A stretch of 64,000 nucleotides of DNA from Laetmonice hystrix (lineage: Eukaryota): assembly GCA_965235115.1 (NCBI GenBank), contig OZ249436.1, forward strand, positions 15,316,001-15,380,000. Direction: 5' to 3'. The notes under the pieces are model-generated. The model saw only the letters and a list, made by a program, of their open reading frames with translations. It made no database searches and was not told where the DNA came from. Below are positions 46,416 to 60,420 of this stretch, in pieces. The position numbers and the translations under genes are program-made. Each line of letters begins with the position of its first letter. Position 1 is the stretch's first letter.

Positions 46416-49348
46416 CAGTTAAAATGTTCTTCTCTTTACGGATTTGACCCTTCCTGTTTTTAGGCCTGTAAAAGTGGTTGATGGGCATCCATTAAGAGTA
46501 CCGGTATAAAATAGGAGTTTTTGAGGATAGCAAGCTCCTGTCCAAATAAGTGTTTGGCTAATTACAGGTACCGTATATTAGATTTTCTTACCATACAGTG
46601 AAAGTCCATCATGACCATTTGGTCGCCATTGTCGAAACAGTATTTATTAATTCAAAGACCCTCAGAACATAATTCAGATCTACTGTTTCACTCTAATTAG
46701 ATTACATGTGAGCCGGGCCACTTGTGACGGTCCTTTCACATATATATATTTATATACAGGTATCTAAAGAATCAACATGTATGGGCCCGCATAAAACGTG
46801 TGTGTTAAATGCATGCATATTTTTAGATACCTTGTGTAGATTTATTAACATCACAAATTTTTATTTCCAAATAGGAAATAATAATTGAGTGTAGCGTTAC
46901 CCTGGTATATTATGTACACATACCCAAACGATATCCTCCTCATAGGTATATGTTGATAGTTTGCCGTTGTGATATTCAGCTAATGTTTAAGGTCAGTCTG
47001 AATGGGTGAAAACGGTTCAGTAGAGAAATCGCATATTGCATATATTTAGTACATATCTATTAAGTAAAACCGAATGCAATGACAATGCATGGTAGTGATA
47101 GCTTGAAACTGGTATTGTGTTCATAGAATGGTCTAAGTGGTACTGTATCGCCTTGTCATGGCAAGGTTGCTCCATTGTTTGTCTGGCTATTGTTATATTG
47201 GCTAAATAGTATTGTTGATATCAACACTTGGTTGTTTATTGAAGAATTGTCATATTTGTACCCCAGCCTGTATAGTTTAATAGATGTTAACAGACAAAAG
47301 AAAATGTCTGAAATGTCTGCTTCACTTGCCATGGTGTCTAAGAAACTCCTCCTTCTTTAGATGGATTCCCACAATTGTCCGTCAAATATACTGGGTTGCC
47401 GGTTAACAGGACATGAACATCTGAAATGATAACGACTTTAAACGTATCAATTCTTATCAAATTTTTTTTTTTCAATAGACAATTACGCATAGGTAAAGAG
47501 TTGTACTGAGGCAAGAATTATTTGATCAAATGAGATAGTTAGGTCATGTGTCGAAAAAAATTGACTGTCACATTTTTAACACAATCATTTCTCCTTATCA
47601 GTGTTATTTTAGGTTTTGTAGCCTTGGCTGTTCTAGTGTTTCATAACGTATAATAATGACTTCCCTGATGAAAGGTTAGGGGTTGAGCCTGAAAGTAAGC
47701 CTAGAATGATTAAAAATAACCATGAACTTTTCTTGATATATTATGGAGCGGTATACTAGAGTATTCTTCACCTAATAATGTATATATAAATACTTTAGAT
47801 CCTATATCCCGCAAGAAGCTAAAGCACAAGTGCCAGCATCTAATGAAAGGAGGAAGCGTTACCGTATTAAAATACCCCCTTTGTATCTCAGTTTTTTTTG
47901 GTTATTTACGGGTGAAATATCCTTATTATATATGGTAACAATAAAACACGTTATTGGTTAAACACAAGTGACTACATGTATATAATTTAGATGAAAAAAA
48001 GAAGAGAGAAAAAAACAAATGACAAATGAGAACAGGAACATCTTGATTGGGACAACGGTCAAAACTACATGTAATTGTAAACCCCCAGATGTATACATCA
48101 TGGAGGCTTTTAATGATTACTGGAGTGGCATTTGTTCAGGTGAATACATTATGATACAAAATGGTTTGAATATATGTACCCAGTAGGTTTCAAACCAATC
48201 ATGCGAGACCTTTTGTATACTATTTAATTATTAATGCATGTGGGCAATTACCGGTGCGTGGGCTTGGACTAAATCCCCCCTCCCTGTATAGCAGTGAGAA
48301 TGTCTTTATTATAGTAGACCCCAAATTATGCTATTGCATCAGTTACATATCATAACATTTATTCCATGCAGTTTTAAGGATTTTTTAACTTATAAGGATT
48401 TTTTATATATTTATGTTTCTTTATAAAATAGATCGAGGGCATTTCTGTTAACTACATTTGAAATAAAGCTATGAACACATGACCATAAATTAGCCAGGAA
48501 TCCGTGAAGCACAATGAAGGAGAAAAACAAAGAGTGGTTTTAACACTGAACATCTGGTAAAATATGAGAAAGGCATTAATTAAGCTGAGTACGCTTTCTG
48601 TCATATTCTGGACTCATTCTGTAATAACACCTCTTGTCTTCACCATAAATCGCCCCTAGAAACTAAATGTAAAAGACCTCCCCCCCCTTCGTCTGAACCG
48701 CTTAAAATATTCCTTTATTCCTATGAACCTATAGCATATGTTTAGAGACACCTTCCTATCCTTACATTAATAATAGTTGGAGTAATTACGATTTGTGCTG
48801 TTTGCTTGGTCAAAATGCCTTTCTTCCAGAACTGATGAAATTTTCCAACAAGTTGACTAGGCTATTAGGTCCCCTCCTTCAAAAAAAACTTTTGGAAAGA
48901 AAAACTCCTACCAATTGTTTTAGGGATCTGGCAGTGGCTCTGGTTGGCCCAAGAGGGTAAAGTCTTATTTTTCAAGCAACTTTAATTGGTTATAGGCCCA
49001 GGACGCTCTTGAACAACTATCCTCAACTATGAAAATCACTTATTATCACCAGTGTAGGCCTATATTCCTTGATCTATGGTACTTTTTGTTAGCTGTGCAT
49101 GTTTACTGAGTTGGTACCAAAATTTATCATGATCTTCGAATGCCTGTGCATAGCCTACTGTTCAGCTGTTATTTTTGTACAGTATTAATGTAGATATATA
49201 ATATATGCATAAATTATATACATATTTTTGAAGGAAATCTAGAGGGAAAATGTTATATAGTAATGGTAAATAAAACTGTACAATGGTCATCTTGTTTGTT
49301 CGTTTTTCTATAGACTATAGTATAGGCCTATCATTTCCGAGTCAATAA

Positions 49349-49564
49349 ATTTTGTCAGTGCCAACGGCAACGGCGAGGAAAAGGATCTGATAAACCCAAC
49401 TGAGACAATGGTGCGATTCTATGTTTCCCCAGAACTTGATGGGAACCTTCTTACATGAGATATGGTTCCCAGCTGTCTCGCTGGGTGGCTCCGGGTCGAA
49501 GGAGCCGGGAAACAGCTTACCGGGAAACCCACACTGGCGCCACCTGGTGAGTATGCCGGGAAAC
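49349..49564 (+). promoter_or_regulatory. Candidate CLUAP1 promoter / non-coding first exon with RFX X-box-like sites
   Basis: GTGCCAACGGCAAC at about 49358 and three CCGGGAAAC copies (49505, 49520, 49556). A strong donor CTG|GTGAGT follows 49546, upstream of the ATG exon. IFT genes are typically RFX targets. Confidence 0.45.
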
Positions 49565-49868
49565 CTAGATGTAGTCAAAAAGTTCTAGCCCTACCAGAAA
49601 GAGCGTAAGAAAATAATTTAAAGAAATAAAAAACATTCTTTTACGTTTATTACTAATCTAATCTTATTTAAAATTATTTAAACCAAAGGGCGACCCCTTA
49701 TGTTCAGTCCTGTCGAAATATATTTTTAAGTTAGCTTCTGTGTACACGTAGGTCACCTGAGAAGAGGTCAAGGTCATAGCGAATGCCATACTTGTTGGCA
49801 GCAATTAACAGTAACAGGTTGGACTTGGAGAGGGATTTTGGTAGAAAGCAAAGCCTTTCAAAGGCAAA

Positions 49869-52800
49869 ATGTCTTTCAGAGATTTGAGAAGTAAGTAAGA
49901 TTTGTATTTCAATGTGTGAAGATATAGTGAGATCATAAACAATGTTGGAATTAACGTTACGAGCCGTTTTGTCACATCACTCAGACCCATAGTTCAGTTT
50001 CTAAACGGTGTTTAGTTGTCAAGTGACGCTGGCATAGCGATTCTTGGACGCTCTGCGAAGAGGTCCGTTATCGCAACTTTGCGGCCTTCGTTTTGGTACT
50101 AAACTTCTTCGACGGAGCATGAAATCGATTTTTATAGAGAGCCACGGTATTGAAATTTCTATTCCGACCTTGATTATAATTATTGGACATATATAGGCCT
50201 AACGTCCACACGGTCCGGTTGTTTACGAGCAAGTCGGGTCCGTAGCTCCGGCAGCCATCTGCGGTGCACCGAGTGACCGGGAACTGATAAAAGTTAGATC
50301 GATACTGGTACCCGAAACGGGTAGCTTCACTCTGTGCCGTCAGCGTCTGCTTGAACAGAGCGCGACCTACTTATGCGGTCCGTTCCGGATGCACTATAGG
50401 AGTCGAAAATACGCATACCCGATAAACTGGGTCACCGCTGGTCGCCCGCGCTGCGCTGTATTTGACCAAACAAACTGTGAATTTCACCTACTAAGATAAC
50501 ATCCAACAAAATACATTTACGTATCTGTTGAAGTAACCTCTTTTGTTTACTCTCAGCAAGTTTCAGTGCCAAAAGTGGTCTGAAACATGACTTTGAGGCG
50601 ATGATGCGCGATAGGACCGAGATAGAACCCCGGCAGCATAGCAGTCGCTGGCGCATTTGTACTCGACGGTCAGAGTCCGTATGGACGTAAGGACTAGGAC
50701 TCTGACTTGTTGGAGTATCAGACCCACTGCTGAGCCACTCTCTCAGTCTCAGGCACTCTCAGACTCATTCTCAGTCTCAGAGACTCTACTTACTCCCACG
50801 TCCCAGTCTCACTCTCACTAGTCTTAGTCTCAGACTCAGTCTCGACACAGACGGTCACTTACTCCAACAAGTCAGAGATGTCAGGGCCCTACTAGTCAGC
50901 ACAATGTGAGTGCATCATCTTTGACCATTTCCACCAGGTGCGAGCGCAAACCTCAACATGGCAGTGTCCATTCCGCCGTCGCGAAGATTTCCTAGTTCAC
51001 AATCCCGTTACTTCGAGCGAGCGAGTGCAAAAAGTTAAACAACTTTAAAAAATCGCGCGTGCGCGACAGATGACATGATGTGTGTGCGGGCGCGTATGGT
51101 GGAAATTACTGCCTTCACTTTAACTATTTCTACTTTTGACGCGAGCGAACGCACCGAAACAAAACTTTTTTGGGGGGGTTAGTATAATTAAAGTGGCGAA
51201 TTAGGGTACTGATCTCGCCAATTGGAATAAACCTGACTGGAATAATTACAGGGGTAGATTTCATGAATGATTTTTTAGGAGTCAGCAGGACTCGTAAGTT
51301 GCAAAATTTAGGAGTCCGCCAAAAAATATGGGAGTCCACGAGCCTATAGCATAGGGATTAAAACGTGACTGGATGTAAAAAAAAGTGACCAATTACAGGG
51401 TGTTATGTCATAGTTTGGCATAAACACTGGAAGTACCGGTAATCAAGCCACCACGACAGGTAAGGGGGGGGCTGAGTGAAACATATGTCTTGTGACCCCT
51501 GCTGAGTAGCAGATATTCGGTTCCCCGAGACTGGGTGATTGTCACCAGGGCCCGGTTCACAAGCAAAGTCAAGTCAAATAAAATGAGCTTGAACTCAAGT
51601 TTCAAGTCAATTACGCGGGATTGCGGTTCACAAGCAAAGTCTCAAGCTAGTTAATGAACTTGACTTCAAGTCAACTCGACACCCTGACTTGAAACTCAAG
51701 TCAATTATTTCTAGTACGACAGTCCACTTGTTTGTGAACAATTTCCAGGGTTATTTTTTTCATTTCACTACATTGGGAACTTGAACAACGCAGTTGAACT
51801 TCTCATTATTAATATTATGTCTACTTTACCCAGTCTAGTTGCTATATTTGGTGAATATTTCCCGTTGACATTCACTGTACGCTGGCCCTCACCATGCTAA
51901 CGTTACCCTACAATCATGGCTACACGCGTTAGGCCGCATAGTACTCACGCATCAGTAACACACGACTCTTGTCTCTGGTAATTTCCGTTTTTCGTGATTG
52001 ATTTAGACCTACCCCAACTCCGCCAGGCTGGGTTGGTAATTTTCCTCATACTATATTGTCATCTTTAACTTCACTAGTCTTTACTGACTTAAAAAGTTAA
52101 GTGTCAGTCACACAAAAATTGTGCTCACGTTGACTGAACTTGTCAGTGCGAATGACGGGATCCGAATGACAGTGACAGTGTTTGGCCTAGATTTTAATCT
52201 ATCAACTATAAAAGACGTAACGTCGTTGTAGGCTAGAGTCTGGGCATAGATGGCTCCGCTAGCCTAGGCTAGGCTTACTCCCTACCTCGACAGAAAAGAC
52301 CATAAATTTGTCATTTATTGTCTCATCTCACGTTGAGTGGAAGATTTGGGTGGCTGTCCGTCATGTCGTTAGTTTTATAGCTTTGCCGCTAGGGGGATGC
52401 ACACTATTTGCCTTATTTGGTCAAAATAGCTCAAAATATCCGGTGCCGTGCTTTTTATTCCAGCTTTTACACATTCCCGACTTGTGCTTGGCCAAGTCAA
52501 TTACTGAATTGACTTGACTTCACTTTATGAACCCAGTTCAAGTCAATTAGAAGAATTAACTTGGCCAAGTTCATTAATGAACTTGGGCTTGAAACTTTGC
52601 TTGTGAACCGGGCCCTGGTCCTGGGTTCCGCATCAATCTGTGTCTAAATATCTGGGAGACAACCGGACGCATGGTCAGGTGGCTACCAAACATCCTGGAC
52701 ATCGAACACAGGATCAAAGCCAAACAAGCCAACTATGCCATCCAAACACAAAACAAAATAGACTCTAACACCGACCCAACAAGCAGGAACACCGGAATAA

Positions 52801-55800
52801 AGCCCTGGATACAAACAACAATAAACAAGATGCAACAAATGGGACTAAACCCAGAGGACCTAAAAACCAAAGGAAAAACACGAGGAAATCAACAATCAAA
52901 CAAGCAGTGACTGCAGCAATGAGACTAAACACAGAAAAAAACCGAACAGGGAAAAGCAAATACCAATTCCTAAAAGCAAATAGGCAAGGTAACAACCTAG
53001 GAAAACCATACTACCTTAACAACCTAACCAAACAAGAGGCAAGGACCATATTTATGACCAGAACCAGAATGCTAAAGGTGAAAGCCAACTACAAAAACAT
53101 GTACCCAAACCAGACATGCATGGGATGTGGCTCCCAACCCGAAACCCAAACTCATGTCCTGGAGGAATGCACGGCGATTCACCTAAACAACCACCTAAAG
53201 ACCAACATTGACCAACTATTCTCAAACGACCCAACAACAACAACAAAGAACACGGCAACCAAACAATAACTGACACCATCCACAGATGGGAAACAGCGGA
53301 GCTGACCCACCCCAACGGGAACGGCGACCTGGAGAACCAGGATTAACGCACGAAGAAAAGAAAAGAAAGAAGGAGTCCGTCCCAATTTTTGGGAGTCTCG
53401 GACTCCCGTCAACCCCAGGGGGGGTGGCATAACAGTTTTCAACGAAACATCACAGCAGATGGACAGCTTGTTTGAAATGGTTGGCTGATATCATGACATA
53501 AATAATTGTTCAATTATGAGTTAATATAATGTTTTCTGTGGCATTGGCAAATTAGGGTTTGGGCCAAATTTGCTTTTTTCTAGACAACACTTTTCACCTG
53601 CACAATCATAATGGAAATTGTGAACATTTGTCTGTTTTGCTTTTAAAGATTTTACTGAAATGATGAGGGCTCTGGGGTATCCACGTCTCATCTCAATGGA
53701 GAACTTTCGTTCACCCAACTTTGCTCTGGTAGCGGAGGTATTGACCTGGTTAGTGAAGCGGTAAGTATTTGAGTATGATAAGGAGCCTATAATAATCTTG
53801 CCAGACTTAATTCTTAAAAGAAATTATTTAAGAAGAGAGTTGACGACACTGGTTGGGTAGACCTGTCTAATGGCAAGTTCATGTAACTGTTTCTAACAAG
53901 TCAAGCTGAAGGCAAAGTCAAAAATGAATTGCCAGTTTTTTAGCCAAATGCTGTTTTATCACCCCAGTAGGCAAAATTCAAAAAATTCTATCAGTCATTT
54001 ACCAGTATATTTGCCATTCTGGCTACTTCTGGTATAGGTTCATACATGTATTACAACTGCACACAATTTCAGATATGACCCAAATGCTGACATCCCAATT
54101 GATGTTGACACAGAACAGGACAGGATTATATTCATCAAGTCTGCAGCACAGTTTATGGTAAGTAGAGGATCAGATAGAGTATCTAATGATTTGTGGATTT
54201 AGGATAAACTCTACTTCTGTTCTTGTAGTTCAGGAAAGAAATCTGCAACAAGCTGTGAGCTAAGTACAGGAATGCAAAAATATGAAAACTGTGGCATGTG
54301 CAGATTTAAATTCAGAAAATTGTAAAAATGTGAGCACTTTATCATCTTATGCAGAGTAGGGCAGAAATTTTGTAAATGGTAAATGGTGATACTCAGAAAT
54401 CCTTATATCTGGTAGTTTGAATAAGGTACAGATCCAAAAGGGTTTGGATTAGTATTGTGGTAAATTCTTCATGTAGATTCCTTTTCATCAATGCCAATGA
54501 GGACTCTTCATAATTTGGACAGCCCATTTTTCATAATGACCCGATCAGAGTACTTGGCCAAGTTTGCCTTCAACAGTTCCTATCCTAAATAAGTTCTGCT
54601 TACTTGTACAGAAGTTTGATTTGCTTAATGTAAGATATTTAAAAGCCTTTTTGAGAATTTTGTGTGGTTGATTATTTCATAGGCTACTAAAGCACACATC
54701 AAGATGAACACAAAGAAGTTGTATCAGGCCGATGGCTATGCTGTCAAAGAACTCCTGAAGGTAACTTCAGTCTTATACAATGCAATGAAGTCTAACATCA
54801 TCACTGAGGAGCGCCAGCAAGATGAAGAAGACCTGTCCATTACATTTGACATTTCATCTCGGGTATGTTGAATGAACAAATGTTGTAATCTACAGCTGCC
54901 TGGTCTTCTATCTTAATTTTCTACGACTGTTTGACAAGTGTTTTTCCCTTTTCTTAAAGAAAGCCTTCTATTATGCATATGTCTGGAATCACCATTTAAT
55001 ATACTGCACGATTTATTGTATGGGTACAGTATTATTGATAACTTTGCAGGTAAGCGAATTAAAAGAAGCACGTCGACTTGCAACGGATATCACTGTTCGA
55101 GGTGCAGCACTGTATGATATGCTTGGAAAAGAGGTCGAACTAAGGGTAAATTCTTATTTTGGTATTCTTAGGTATCTTATGTACAAAACTCTAAATACGT
55201 ATGTAGTCATATTTTGCTAATTCCATTATTCTTTTGTACATCATTCAGATAGGTTCACATGCAATGCTTTTTTTATGTAGTATGAATAATAAAAATACCA
55301 GGTATATAAGAAACATATAAAAATTGCAGGAGACTCGGTCAGCTGTGATTGCCCGGGCTCTAGAAATTAATGAAGTCGAGAAAGGATTATCAGCATCTAT
55401 CAAGGCAGTAGATAAAGACATTAAGAAGACGCTACAAAATATTGACAATGTCGCATCCGATGAAGCAAATCTTGAGGCTAAGATTGAAAAGAAACGAAAT
55501 GAACTGGAGCGCAATCAAAAACGTCTGACTACACTTCAAGCTGTTAGGTGAGATTGTATGCTTTTGCAATCATAACTTTGGTCACATCCCCCCTTTTGAA
55601 GAAGCAGAAGCAGTAAAATTGTTCACCTGATCAACTAGGGGTTTTCTCTTATTTAAAGGCCTGCATACATGGATGAATACGAACAGTTTGAGCAAGAACT
55701 ACAATGTCTCTACGAGCAGTACATGGCTAAATATAGAAATCAAGCTTACCTGGAACAACAGTTGGAAGAGTACAACCGTGTTGAACAGGACAGGTTTGAG

Positions 55801-58800
55801 GTAATGTCACTGAGGCAAACTCTTTGATGATGTCTAAATATGTTACAAAAGGATTAAACATAATAACCGAGTTCAACAATATGTTTAAGTCTAAATTATT
55901 ATGGTGGTTCTATATTTGCTGTGGACAAGCAGTTTTCAGTTTAATTTATCTGTTGAAGGAGTAATATTTGAATCTATGCTTGAATGATGGAAAATGATGA
56001 ACTAGTGAACTAATCAACAGGAAACAGAAATGTCTATGAGGAAACTGGCTGACCGGGTGAAGGGAGATGAGAAAAAACTCCAAATGACATCGGAAGATAT
56101 TGATGATGAAGATTTTGGGACCCTTGTAGAGGATGATGATGGAGAAAGTGAAAGTGAAGATGAGGGACCACAGAGAAAGGATCGCCCTCAACATAACCGA
56201 CAAAGAGGTCTGCATAAGAAAGTTGTGCAGTACTAACATTGCCATGTAATAAAATTGGAATTAAATTTCTGACTTTAAAATAGCAATTTAAAAAAATTGG
56301 CCACCCCTTATTTCTAGGTAAAAGTAAACTCTTTGGCCAGTCTGAATTCATTTTTTATTAAAAAACTATGTTTCTTCCTGGGACTCGCACACGCTGCCTG
56401 TTCAGCCTGAATCAGCCATGCGTTTCCTTACCATGACTGAGTACCTTCCCCTGTCCGTATCATGTATACTCTTTATTTTGACACATATACATTTTTAACT
56501 TATTATGACTTTCTACCACAAAGGTGCACCCAGCAATACTGCATCATAGCCACCGCTCAGTTAGATAGAACTGCCACATTAACTACCCAGAGTATGTGGT
56601 CACTATAAAGCTTGGTATGGTGCATTTTAAAGAAATTCAGTGGGCAGAGGATGAATTGGGGTTCCTGTGGGAGGGGTGTGTGGGTGAAGGGAGGTGTTGG
56701 ACAGACTTGGTCAAAAAGGACACGGGTGGTCTGCCTGTATAGTATTTTTGGATTTCAGCACACTGGCAGCACAGAAAAGTACAGCACTGCTACTAGACAT
56801 CTTCTAACTCCCCAGCTAAATTTATGTTTTCTGTTTAAGTGACTCTGCTTGTCTCGACTTGTCAAAAGACAAGGTATGCAATCATTGGCCACTCAATATT
56901 TTTTTAACAGAGGCAGCTGGAGGAGCTGGCTCAGAACGTCTTGTTGGTACCATGGGCATGGACATTGAGGATGACGACGATGACGATGAGGATGATGATG
57001 ACGAAGATGATGATGAGGTAGGAAAAAGAAGAATGTCCTACTGAGACAGTAATTACTGTGTAATTTTGAAGTAGGCCTATATGTCACATTTTGCTGTCAC
57101 TTTTAGGATATTTGTAGTTCAAAGATTTAATGGCTAATTCACTATGGTATTGTTTTAATACATCACAGGGATGATCATTTGTTTTACCTTGTAGTTTTTT
57201 CATTTGTATTTTTATAAACTGCTCCACAAACATGCAAATTGATTTGTCTTAAGGCATGTACACAAAATGGAAAAACTTTTAGTTGCATTTATGTTGTGAT
57301 TAAGAGCTGACACTGAAAGATTACCTGCTAAAGAAGCAAAGTAATATTAATGATAGCAAGGAAAGAGGGCATTCAATACTGCTGTATATTCCATGACAAC
57401 TTTCTGGGACTTGTGGGCAGCACTGGTTCTTTCAGTAGATCATATAATTTCATGTGGGGTTTAAATAGGGAAGGGGAATGGCTCGAAACATGAAAATCTG
57501 TTAAGATTTTTGTTTGGTCACTACTCTTCCATTTCAAAACTTAAACTTGCAAACAAGGAGACATTATCAGGGATGGACGATTCCTCTTGTCCATTGCGAG
57601 TTGATCAAATGGTCAGGCAAATCCATTATACCACACTCGGTAGCCCATTTTCAAACTGTACGCTTACTATGACACGAAAGATTTAAACCAAGCAATGAAA
57701 GTACTTGGGGAAATTTGATTCCAGAGGAGGGCAAAAGATTTTTTAGAAACCCTTGATCAGTGCTCAAATTGAAATATCGACCACCCCTGATTTCATCTCA
57801 GGTTTTTACCATATTACTAAGTAAATTATTTCATTTATTTTGTCGAATTTTGTAAATTGAACTGGCTTACTCTAAGTTAGATGGCCACTATAAACTGATC
57901 CTTTTCTGGCCCATTTGTTAATCCCAGACAAGGTCGTCAATCTTTACTAAAGTCTCTTGTGCTCCTGTTGAGCTGAAGGTCCATCGTGAAGAGGTGATTC
58001 TTTAACTCTATGCTGCCTACCTTATTCCCTTTCAGCTAAAATAGGCATGGTGCATACACCAACACTAGTCTAATGCTACCACTAGTGGCTTTAATCTATG
58101 ATACTTATAGACTAGTTCTGTGTAACAGACTAGTTCTTTGGTATGCAGTATAAATGCTCTATAAGTTACAGCGATGACTTGTGGAAACATACCGGTACTA
58201 ACAAACTAAATTTAAACTCAAATCGATAAATCACATTTTGAAACGGTTGCCCAAGGAGGGCCACTTTCTAAAGTGGTGGTTCTCTGTAAATCAAAGTCGA
58301 TGTCTGTATAACCATAGCAAAAATACTAATTCATGTTTCAACCCATATTTATTATTTATGATGGAAAAGGACAGCAAAATCTTTTCCTGAAACCTTTTTC
58401 CTCATTGAATTTTATGATCCCTTCAAGGTGAACTCCCATAATGTGAGGGATGTTCTTATGGAAATTTTTTCTAAAAACAATGAATAACCCCATGCAATAA
58501 TCATCAACTCGTGATTGCTCTTCAAGTACCTTGACTTGATATTGAATTAAACTAATGTAATGTTCAGATTTAACCTTTCTTAATATTTTCATTTGCACCG
58601 AACCCTCAGCTTGAAAAGTCAGCATGGCCTTAGTTTTCCTATTACTGTAAATGGAAAGTACGTGTATTGCATGTCATGTGTTAGCTATGCTACAAGCAAG
58701 CCTAAATTCTAGTGGTCTAGTATTTGAATATGAACGTCATCTTAAAATAACCCTAGATTATGGTATGTGAAAGAACTTTGTTTGGCAAATGTTTTGTTTG

Positions 58801-59761
58801 TTTGTATTTCATTATTGCAAATGACATATTTATCATATCTGTGCTAAAAGTCATCATTGCACATAATGCTTTTTTAGTGTGTAACAGTTTCAATTATTTT
58901 TATAGCTGCTAATTCTAGGAAAGGAACTGGCAGAGGTACTACTTTAAATTAAGTATTAGTATCAAAATGATACTGAATATTTCCTTGCCTATAAAGTTTT
59001 TTTTTCTTTATAACTTTGACTGTTGTAAAAATTGTGAAATATCCGATGCTCTGTTTTCTTTCCTTGTTATCTTTCTGCCGACTTTGTTTTTTTCCCTTAT
59101 GCAAATCATTTTTAATGAATTCAGTTTTAAATTATTGAGAATTTTACTATAAATGCAATCAGAGTTTGGCTGTGCTTAAAAATGTAATTATTAAGTGTCA
59201 AAAAAGCTAGTTTAGTGCATGAAAAGGAAACGGAAATGAATTTTGGGGAACAGTGTATAGCCAATAAAGGGGGTGCCCACTGTATATAAGTAGTAACCAT
59301 GCAATCTTATTCACCGTTCATTTACGACTCTGAAGTGCAATTTACGACACCACATGGTCTTTCAAAACAAGAAGAAATCTACCAACACACTTTGTACATC
59401 TTTACATACATTTGTACTTAAATATATAGATCGTTTAGTGAAATATATGTTAATTACCGGACTCATACTTACAATTTACTTGGATTAAAGGATTTTTTGG
59501 GGGTATAAAACATGTATTTTAATACATTTCCCTTTGTTACCAGTCAGTTATCAAGGTGGTAGACTATACACCATTAAAAGACCTTTTTTTAATTTCCAAC
59601 AGGACAGTGGTGGTATGGGCTCAAACGGATCAGAGGTTGACATTGATGATGAGGATTCTGAAGACGACGTTGAAATGGGAGCTGGCGTCATGCCTGGCAG
59701 ACGAATGCCAGGCAAACCACGACGGCAGGAAATACCCCCAGACGATGACGATGACTTCTAG
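49869..59761 (+). CDS. CLUAP1: Clusterin-associated protein 1 / IFT38 (IFT-B subunit), 10 coding exons, about 435 aa
   Basis: Exons, total 1308 nt: 49869-49890 (MSFRDLRN), 53649-53760 ([24 protein letters not shown]), 54073-54157, 54683-54862 ([26 protein letters not shown]), 55050-55145, 55330-55547 ([23 protein letters not shown]), 55659-55800 (RPAYMDEYE), 56021-56207, 56911-57017 (acidic), 59603-59761 (ends DDDDDF-TAG). The N-terminal motifs are diagnostic. Confidence 0.95.
50730..50845. repeat. Degenerate CTCAGT/CTCAGA low-complexity repeat
   Basis: Repeated CTCAGTCTCAG / CTCAGACTC units. Confidence 0.6.
51549..52614. mobile_element. PIF/Harbinger-like non-autonomous element in CLUAP1 intron 1
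   Basis: 21-bp TIRs GGCCCGGTTCACAAGCAAAGT / ACTTTGCTTGTGAACCGGGCC, flanked by CAG and CTG (CWG-type, not identical). Many subterminal TCAAGTCAA/AACTTGAC motifs. Confidence 0.75.
52646..53371 (+). mobile_element. 5'-truncated non-LTR retrotransposon (LINE) 3' fragment
   Basis: A KYLG motif at about 52646 and an A-rich coding strand. ORF 52907-53269 has [15 protein letters not shown] and the C-terminal zinc knuckle [18 protein letters not shown]. It ends in a GAAAA-type tail. Confidence 0.8.
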
Positions 59762-60414
59762 TGAAATCATGTGACCTTGATTGGAAGGTGACATGATGGG
59801 AAAACCAAAGAACTTCAGATCTCATGGTTTAATATCAGCACTGAGAGTGTGACCTCGTCAGTGTACAAAAGTGCCTCCTGTGTAGTATTTTTTTTCTGTC
59901 ACTTTTAACAGAATCTAAAGCTATAAATAGGTTTGTCTATAAACAAATGTTACAAAGGGCGCTGTGCAAGATTTACAGCTGAAGTACTGTTGGAGAGTTA
60001 TGGGGTTCTGTGGTAATTGGGGCATATGATGTCCTACGGAATGAAGGATAGAAGTGGTACTCGAGCGTTCTGTGCACGTTACAAAATGTAGAAAATTGTC
60101 TGTGATATTGTGTTGGCTGTATATGAACCATTCCGTCCAAGTGATGCAGTTCTGCCGTCCATTACTTTGTTTCATTATGTTCCCGTTAATACAGGTAAAA
60201 GAAAGCAGCAAATTAAAAGTGGTCCGAATAGAAAAGAAATGGTGACAGAAATAAACTGACTATATTTGTATGAGAATCTATCCAATGAATTTCTTGCAAG
60301 TCTTGAGGAACCAGGACCAGCGTTGTACCAGGACCATCGTGTTTTGCTTAATGCAAATATAAAATATTGTCTGTGCATTGATGTATTATTCTCTATTTCC
60401 AAGGATTCTTGGAA

Positions 60415-60420
60415 AATAAA
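60415..60420 (+). terminator. Candidate CLUAP1 polyadenylation signal
   Basis: AATAAA about 650 nt downstream of the stop codon; not verified. Confidence 0.35.

Noticed and set aside
44354..49300. Additional gene between FAM234 and CLUAP1
   Set aside because: Only short unrelated ORFs in AT-rich sequence with no coherent exon chain; more likely a long 3' UTR and intergenic DNA.
49990..50140. hAT/BED-finger transposase remnant (minus-strand [10 protein letters not shown])
   Set aside because: A single short motif in a stop-interrupted frame, with no termini found, is too weak to call.
56524..56549. Alternative CLUAP1 terminal exon (AAG|GTGCACCC...TAG)
   Set aside because: It is phase-compatible but very short and unsupported, and the downstream acidic exons give the expected C-terminus.
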